The notes below the pieces were generated by a model. The model made no database searches, had not been told where the DNA came from, and saw nothing but the letters and a program-made list of their open reading frames with translations. From contig CAXTYC010000009.1 of the NCBI GenBank assembly GCA_964248365.1, forward strand, positions 126,091 through 148,462: DNA of 22,372 bases, read 5' to 3'. Below are positions 16,512-22,372 of this stretch, piece after piece. How positions within the stretch are numbered: position 1 is the first letter of the stretch; every line of letters begins with the position of its first letter. Both the position numbers and the translations under genes were made by a program. The stretch comes from an uncultured Chroococcidiopsis sp. (GTDB taxonomy: Bacteria; Cyanobacteriota; Cyanobacteriia; Cyanobacteriales; Chroococcidiopsidaceae).

Positions 16512-16566
16512 ACTATGCAGGAAACCCATGACGCTCTTATGTCAATTCCATAAAGTTTTTATGTCA
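16512..16566 (-). promoter_or_regulatory. Conserved 55-bp promoter/operator motif, copy 4
   Basis: TGACATAAAAA CTTTATGGAAT TGACATAAGAG CGTCATGGGTT TCCTGCATAGT, 32 nt before the ATG. Confidence 0.75.
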
Positions 16567-16606
16567 ATTTGGAAATGAGGTTTCCCCAATGTCTAAAAAT
16601 CACTTG

Positions 16607-17371
16607 CTAAGCCATACTGAGAAACATCAGCTGATCTGCCATCTCGAAGTTAGCGGTGACATTTTGCACATCATCTAAAGATTCTAGGGTATCGATTAAC
16701 TTGAGGAGCGATCGCGCCACGTCTGGATCGCTTACCTCGATGGTATTACCAGGAATCCAACGTAGTTCTACATCACTTACGTCAAAGCCTTTGTCTTTGA
16801 GTAGCTGGCTGAGGGTTTCCAGATTTCCCACATTGGTAAACACAATAACTGACTTACCATCCTCATCCTCAATTATTTCGTAAGACTCTGCACCGCCTTC
16901 TAGGGAAGCTTCTAACAATTCTTCTTCCTCAACAGCACCTGAGATTACTACTACGCCTTTTTGTGCAAACATCCAGCTAACACAGCCAGTTTCACCGAGA
17001 TTACCACCATTTTTACTAAAAGCTGCTCTTAAATCAGCCGCCGTGCGATTGCGGTTATCGGTAAGTGCTTCAATTAAGATAGCCACACCTCCTGCACCGT
17101 AACCTTCATAGCGAATAGATTCTAGAGCCGAAGATCCCTCGAACGTACCTGCACCTTTAGCGATCGCTCTTTCAATATTCTCATTTGGAATACCATTGGC
17201 TTTCGCCTTTTCTATCGCCGTTCGCAGTTGAAAATTTCCTGCTGGATCTGGTACTCCATTTCTCGCCGCCACAATAATCGCTCGTGACAATTGAGTGAAT
17301 GTCTTACCCTTTACCGCATCCACCCTTGCCTTCTGACGCTTTATATTAGCCCATTTACTATGTCCTGCCAT
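16607..17371 (-). CDS. yebC: YebC/PmpR family protein, 254 aa
   Basis: [37 protein letters not shown] and LDDVQNV family signatures. Confidence 0.96.
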   Translation of the reverse strand: MAGHSKWANIKRQKARVDAVKGKTFTQLSRAIIVAARNGVPDPAGNFQLRTAIEKAKANGIPNENIERAIAKGAGTFEGSSALESIRYEGYGAGGVAILIEALTDNRNRTAADLRAAFSKNGGNLGETGCVSWMFAQKGVVVISGAVEEEELLEASLEGGAESYEIIEDEDGKSVIVFTNVGNLETLSQLLKDKGFDVSDVELRWIPGNTIEVSDPDVARSLLKLIDTLESLDDVQNVTANFEMADQLMFLSMA

Positions 17372-17507
17372 AATTTTAATATCAATACATATCCACTATA
17401 TAGCACTTTAAAATAATTCCTTCTATTCTCTTTTTCTTTCTTTGCGTTTCCCTGGAGTTTAAACCCCAGGCTAATGCGTCGAGTGCGGTTCTTTTTAAAA
17501 GGATATT

Positions 17508-18332
17508 TCACTTACTCCCAGTAAACGTAACTGATTGAATAAAGTAGCGATTAAAAAACGCATAAATCACCAATGCTGGTAAAGTAAATATTATAGATGC
17601 CGCCATAATGTAGTTCCAATAACTAATATACTGTCCCTTAAATGTATTCAATCCCAGAGGCAAAGTAAACATATCTGAATCAGATATAATTACCAACGGC
17701 ATCAAAAAGTTATTCCATGATCCAAGAAAAATAAATATTGCTTGTGCTGCTAAAGCTGGTTTAGCCAAAGGTAAGACAATGCGAAAAAAAGTTTCTAAAT
17801 AACCCAACCCATCAAGTGCAGCAGCCTCCTCTAACTCCTTGGGAAAATTTTCAAAAAACTGCCGCATCATAAATATAAAAGTTGCATTTACAATATTAGG
17901 GACAATCAACCCTTGATAAGAATTCAACCAACCCAAAGATTTTAAAATCAGAAAGCTAGGAATTAACGTAACTTGGACAGGAATCATTAAAACTGCCAAT
18001 AACAGAAAAAATAATATTTGATTTCCCCTAAACCGAATTCTAGCAAGGGCATAGCCAGCCATTGAGTTAAATAATAAATTGAAAGCTGTGACAATGCAAG
18101 CTACTACAACACTATTAAGTAACCAGCGCCCAAACAATGGTTCTTGAATAAAAACTTTTCGATAATTCTCCAGCGTAAATTGCTGGGGAATAAAATTTAA
18201 TCCCCCTGATATAATTTCTGCCAAAGGTTTAAAAGAAGCTGATAGCGCCCAAGCAAAAGGCAAAAAAGTAATGAATGCATATAATACTAATATTATATAT
18301 AAAATTGCTTTTAACCATGTAAACTGTTTCAC
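17508..18332 (-). CDS. Carbohydrate ABC transporter permease (MalG-like), 274 aa
   Basis: EAA loop FPKELEEAAALDG, WNNFLMPL and multiple TM helices. Confidence 0.93.
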   Translation of the reverse strand: MKQFTWLKAILYIILVLYAFITFLPFAWALSASFKPLAEIISGGLNFIPQQFTLENYRKVFIQEPLFGRWLLNSVVVACIVTAFNLLFNSMAGYALARIRFRGNQILFFLLLAVLMIPVQVTLIPSFLILKSLGWLNSYQGLIVPNIVNATFIFMMRQFFENFPKELEEAAALDGLGYLETFFRIVLPLAKPALAAQAIFIFLGSWNNFLMPLVIISDSDMFTLPLGLNTFKGQYISYWNYIMAASIIFTLPALVIYAFFNRYFIQSVTFTGSK

Positions 18333-18398
18333 ATTAACTTACCTCCTTGCATCTTTTTCTTCTTTCGGAGCAAGGCTGCTCCTAGTTAATAACAATAG

Positions 18399-19304
18399 CT
18401 AATTAATCCTCTCTTCTTTAAACCAATAACGTTGAATTAGTGTCACAATCATAATAACGAAAGCTAGCATCAAAGCTAATGCTGCTGCATATCCAATGTC
18501 TAAATTTTTAAAAGCATACTGATAAATTAACAAGACAACTGTCAAGGTTGAGTTATTAGGACCACCAGTACCACGCGAAAAGATGTAAGATTGGTCAAAT
18601 AGCTGAAATGTGCCAATAATTCCCATTACCACAACGAAAAAAGTTACTGGCTTTAAAAATGGTAATGTAATATATATAAACTTATCCCACCAATTTGCCC
18701 CATCAATTGTTGCAGCCTCATAAACGTCTTCAGGAATATCTTGTAGTGCTGCTAAATATATAACCATAAATAAAGGAGCAGTTGACCAAATGTTCATTAA
18801 CATAATTGCCCTTAGTGCTACATTTGGATCGCCAATCCAGTTATAAGTAGGCAATCCTAAAAGAGCAAGAAGATTATTTAATAACCCGTTGGAATTATAA
18901 AGCCATAAAAAAATTAGTGTTAATACTGCTGACGAAGTAACCGTGGGCATAAATAAAATAATTCTAAACCAATTTTTTCCTTTAATCCTAGCATTTAAAA
19001 TTAGCGCTAAACTAAGTGCTATAATCGTTTGACTCGGTACAACGATCGCCACATACGCAGCCGTATTTTTCAGTGCAATCCAGACACGCTCATCATTCGC
19101 CATGCGGACGAAGTTTTTTAAGCCTCTAAAACTATAATCAAACTCACCTAATAGCTGAATTTTATGAAATGCTAAAAGAGAAGCAATCAAAATAGGTAGC
19201 ATCATAAATACTCCCAAAATAATGATGGTGGGAGCCAGAAAGATGTAACCTGTCAAAGTATTTGTATTTTGGGTTTTGGAACTTTTCTTTAAAAGCTTTA
19301 CCAT
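18399..19304 (-). CDS. Carbohydrate ABC transporter permease (MalF/UgpA-like)
   Basis: EAA loop IPEDVYEAATIDGA and FQLFDQ. Start taken at ATG 19304 (alternative GTG 19319). Confidence 0.92.
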   Translation of the reverse strand: MVKLLKKSSKTQNTNTLTGYIFLAPTIIILGVFMMLPILIASLLAFHKIQLLGEFDYSFRGLKNFVRMANDERVWIALKNTAAYVAIVVPSQTIIALSLALILNARIKGKNWFRIILFMPTVTSSAVLTLIFLWLYNSNGLLNNLLALLGLPTYNWIGDPNVALRAIMLMNIWSTAPLFMVIYLAALQDIPEDVYEAATIDGANWWDKFIYITLPFLKPVTFFVVVMGIIGTFQLFDQSYIFSRGTGGPNNSTLTVVLLIYQYAFKNLDIGYAAALALMLAFVIMIVTLIQRYWFKEERIN

Positions 19305-19341
19305 GCCAATGTATGCCACCCTTGCCCACGATAATAGAAGA

Positions 19342-19362
19342 GGTGGGCATTGCCCACCCTAC
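19342..19362 (-). repeat. GTAG-type REP palindrome overlapping the SBP stop codon
   Basis: Minus strand GTAGGGTGGGCAATGCCCACC. Confidence 0.75.
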
Positions 19363-20618
19363 TGAGATAATGCAATTTCTTTGTTTGCTGTTTGCTGTGC
19401 CTTATTCAAGGCGTTTGCTAAAGTTTGCTCACCCAACAAAGCGCTGATAAATTGATTATTAAAATTGTTTACTATTGTCGGTAAATTCTCATCCAATTGC
19501 CAAACAGTAGCATAGGCAGCACTAGCAATAAATGGTGAATATAGTGGTTTTTTATCATATTCTAGAGCGTTAATAACAGATTTACGAGTTGGAAAGACAG
19601 AACCCCCACTTGTCCATGCTTTCATGCCTTCTTTACCAGTTAAGTAGGAAATTAATTCCCAGGCTTCTGGTTTATGTTTTGATTGCTGATTCATCACATA
19701 GGCAACGGTATAAGCCATTGTTCCTTTTTTGCCATTTACTGTAGGTACTTCAGCAGTTGCATATTCAACATGGGGAAAAGTTTCTCTCAAATATGGAATT
19801 AACCAAGAACCTTCAATTACCATTGCAACTTTTTCTTGCCCAAACATTTCACTTCCTGAATCTGTACCTACGTCTGTTGGTTGAACAGTTGTCTTATCCA
19901 GGCGATATTGGTCAATAATTAATTGTAAACCTTTTAAACTTTCTGGTGAGGCGAATGTTGCTTTACCATCCGAGTTGGTTAACTCACCACCAAAGGCTTT
20001 AATCAGAAATACTTGTCGAGCAAGTTCTGGAATTATACCAAAACCATATCGCTTAATGCCATCTTGATTTTTATCAACGGTTAGGATTTTGGCATATTCG
20101 CGTAGTTCTGACCAAGTTTTGGGCGGTTGAGATAATCCAACTGCTTGAAATGCTTTTTTGTTATAAAAAAGGGCTAGGGTAGAAAAGTCTTTTGGTAAGC
20201 CGTATATTTTACCATTCTGTTGAAAAGCTTTGAGGAATTTTGGATTCAAATCTGCTAGATTAAATTCAGTTGTTATATAATTATCCAGCGGTTCTAAAAC
20301 ACCTGGTAGCATAATTTCTGGCGCAGCAAAAGCATCTAAATAAAATACATCGGCTGCTGTTTCTCCAATTAGTCTTGTTTTAAGAACATCCATGTATGCA
20401 TCGGCAATTACATCATACTTAACTTTGATTCGTGGATGTTTGGCTTCAAAGTTTTTGATTACTTGTTGCAGTAATTGTTGTTCGTTTAGATTACTCCAAC
20501 CACTCAGGGTGATTGTCACAATACCATGCAGGTTTGTTTGTCTAGCAGCACTACAGCTTGTGAAGGTAATTATTGTGATTAGGAATAGGGTAAGGAATGA
20601 GAATATTTTTTTTGACAT
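19359..20618 (-). CDS. Sugar ABC transporter substrate-binding lipoprotein, 419 aa
   Basis: Lipobox-like FTSC, YGLPKDFSTLALFYNK, PKTWSEL and FGQEKVAMVIEGSW (SBP family 1). Confidence 0.93.
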   Translation of the reverse strand: MSKKIFSFLTLFLITIITFTSCSAARQTNLHGIVTITLSGWSNLNEQQLLQQVIKNFEAKHPRIKVKYDVIADAYMDVLKTRLIGETAADVFYLDAFAAPEIMLPGVLEPLDNYITTEFNLADLNPKFLKAFQQNGKIYGLPKDFSTLALFYNKKAFQAVGLSQPPKTWSELREYAKILTVDKNQDGIKRYGFGIIPELARQVFLIKAFGGELTNSDGKATFASPESLKGLQLIIDQYRLDKTTVQPTDVGTDSGSEMFGQEKVAMVIEGSWLIPYLRETFPHVEYATAEVPTVNGKKGTMAYTVAYVMNQQSKHKPEAWELISYLTGKEGMKAWTSGGSVFPTRKSVINALEYDKKPLYSPFIASAAYATVWQLDENLPTIVNNFNNQFISALLGEQTLANALNKAQQTANKEIALSQ

Positions 20619-20735
20619 TCAAATTAAATAAATAAACGAACCGCAAAGAACGCAAAGGGCGCGAAGGGAAGAAAGAGAGGATGAGAGGAATTATTTGGGA
20701 CTAGTATATATAAAAATTATGAAAGATAATTAATT

Positions 20736-22061
20736 GTGTTTGTTGGATTAAATAATTTTGTGGAACTGTTAAATCGCTGGTTGGTAAAGATAAGATTACT
20801 GATTTTCCTGATGGTGGCGTTACTGGCTTTAGGTGGATGTCAGGCAGTGCCTAGTCGTTCTGATGCTGCTAGTGTTACTAAAATAACGCTTTGGCAAGGG
20901 GTAAATCCGCCGCCAAATCGGGATGTCTTGCAGGTGCTGGTGGATAGATTTAATCGGGAACATCCTGATATTCAAGTCGAGTCGCTATATGTAGGGCAAG
21001 CAGAACAGCAACTACCCAAGATTTTGGCGGCTGTAGTGGGAAATGCGCCACCGGATTTATTATGGTTTAATGCTACAATTACAGGTCAACTGGTGGAACT
21101 GGATGCTATTCGACCTTTGGATGATTGGTTTGCAGCCTCACCAGTAAAAGATGAAATTGACCAGGCTTTGTTTGAATCGATGGAGTATCAAGGGCATACT
21201 TGGTCTGTGCCGTTTGGTACAAATAATGTGGGAGTTTTTTACCGTCCTAGTTTATTTAAGGCAGCTGGAATTACTCAGTTACCCCAAACTTGGGAAGAGT
21301 TGCGCGTGGTTGCTCGTAAGTTAACTCTTGATAAGAATGGTGACAAGCGAATTGATCAGTATGGGATGCTGTTGCCGTTGGGGAAAGGGGAATTTGCCGT
21401 TTTCCTGTGGCTACCGTTTATGTGGAGTGGTGGCGGTGAGTTGGTGAGTGCTGGTGGGCTACAACCAGCTGCATTGGAAAATAGGGGCGCGATCGCTTCT
21501 CTTCAATTTTGGCGTAATTTAATAGAAGACGGTTCAGCAGTTTTATCTTTGCCAGAAAGAGGTTTTGAAATTGATAGCTTTCTGGCTGGTAAGGTAGCAA
21601 TGCAATTAACTGGACCTTGGACGATTGGACAAATCAAAGCTACTGGTGTCGATTTTGGTGTTTTTCCCATTCCGGTTGATGTCCGCCAAGCTACAGCTAT
21701 CGGGGGTGAAAATCTATTTGTGATGAAGACAACGCCAGAACGGGAGAAAGCAGCGTTGAAGTTTGCCCAATATGTGGTGAGTCAGGAATTTCAAACCGAA
21801 TGGGCGATCGGTACAGGGTATTTGCCAGTGAATCTCAAGGCAAGGCAGAGTGAGAAATATCGGGCATTTGCGGCACAAGAACCAGCCGTAAAGGTGTTTC
21901 TGTCCCAGGCAGAGTATGGGCGATCGCGTCCCATTTTCCCTGGCTACAATCGCCTTTCAGAGAGCTTGGGACGGGCGCTGGAGGCAGTATTATTAGGTAA
22001 AAGTTCACCAGGGTCAGCACTTAAAACAGCTCAGCAGCGGTTAGATTTGATTTTTCGGTAA
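20736..22061 (+). CDS. Sugar ABC transporter substrate-binding lipoprotein (start uncertain)
   Basis: Lipobox LGGC, PFGTNNVGVFYR, PQTWEEL and FLAGKVAMQLTGPW. The true start may be downstream of 20736. Confidence 0.9.
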   Translation: MFVGLNNFVELLNRWLVKIRLLIFLMVALLALGGCQAVPSRSDAASVTKITLWQGVNPPPNRDVLQVLVDRFNREHPDIQVESLYVGQAEQQLPKILAAVVGNAPPDLLWFNATITGQLVELDAIRPLDDWFAASPVKDEIDQALFESMEYQGHTWSVPFGTNNVGVFYRPSLFKAAGITQLPQTWEELRVVARKLTLDKNGDKRIDQYGMLLPLGKGEFAVFLWLPFMWSGGGELVSAGGLQPAALENRGAIASLQFWRNLIEDGSAVLSLPERGFEIDSFLAGKVAMQLTGPWTIGQIKATGVDFGVFPIPVDVRQATAIGGENLFVMKTTPEREKAALKFAQYVVSQEFQTEWAIGTGYLPVNLKARQSEKYRAFAAQEPAVKVFLSQAEYGRSRPIFPGYNRLSESLGRALEAVLLGKSSPGSALKTAQQRLDLIFR

Positions 22062-22282
22062 AAATACTGTCGCCTGAGAATAAATTCCCAGGCTAATAGC
22101 TCAAGTCGGCTTAAGCCGATTACCAGTTGCTAGTATTGCTCACCCTATTAGCCCTTCATTCACTATATAAACAAAACCTGCTCAAGTTAGATTTGATTTT
22201 TCGGTAAAAATACTCTCGCCTGAGAATAAATTCCCAGCCTAATAGCTCAAGTCGGCTTAAGCCGACTACTAGTTGCTAGTAT
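22040..22282 (+). repeat. 97-bp direct repeat (22040-22136 and 22186-22282) including the last codons of the SBP gene and a REP-like double hairpin
   Basis: 93/97 identical. Contains GCCTGAGAATAAATTCCCAGGC and AGTCGGCTTAAGCCGA(C/T)T palindromes. Confidence 0.9.
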
Positions 22283-22372
22283 GGGTGGCAGACTAGCCCC
22301 TCATTTACTAGCCTCTAGCCCGAATGGCACGAAGAAAAGCTCTGAGGTATACAGGATAAGGACTACAGTTTT

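Noticed and set aside
14894..16566. The four 55-bp repeats as a CRISPR array or repeated ncRNA
   Set aside because: Spacing is 485-603 bp with whole genes in between, conservation is limited to helically phased boxes, and there are no cas genes; a promoter explains it better.
16607..17371. YebC as the regulator binding the 55-bp motif
   Set aside because: Adjacency is the only support. YebC is a near-universal gene, and the motif architecture fits an OmpR/PhoB-type regulator.
7976..22020. Other short overlapping ORFs (e.g. 7976..8230, 8253..8732, 10995..11315, 12157..12489, 13477..13791, 16656..16883, 20392..20631, 21418..21600)
   Set aside because: They lie antisense or out of frame within well-supported genes, with no independent evidence.

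Overview
Cyanobacterial chromosomal DNA: I counted 23 HIP1 (GCGATCGC) sites, plus heptameric STRR tracts and REP/SDR-type repeats typical of heterocystous or Chroococcidiopsis-like lineages. Left part (0.5-6.6 kb): a decayed type I restriction-modification locus with a frameshifted hsdM fused by deletion to a half hsdS, a DUF4258-like remnant, two tandem Uma2 nucleases and a triply disrupted hsdR. Middle: radC, a GH57 branching enzyme, an EcsC/TerB-like protein, a membrane protein, an SPFH/stomatin protein, cyanase with an NtcA-type promoter, and a UbiH-family hydroxylase. Right: yebC and a sugar ABC transporter region with two divergent substrate-binding proteins. The most unusual element is at 14.6-16.6 kb: four tandem paralogous genes, one missed by the ORF track. 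They encode secreted, acid-residue-free, His/Arg/Lys-rich micro-proteins. Each has its own terminator and the same gap-free 55-bp upstream motif, built like a PhoB/OmpR-family activated promoter. This looks like an undescribed co-regulated system of secreted cationic peptides, possibly Asr-like or metal-binding; the function is inferred, not shown.
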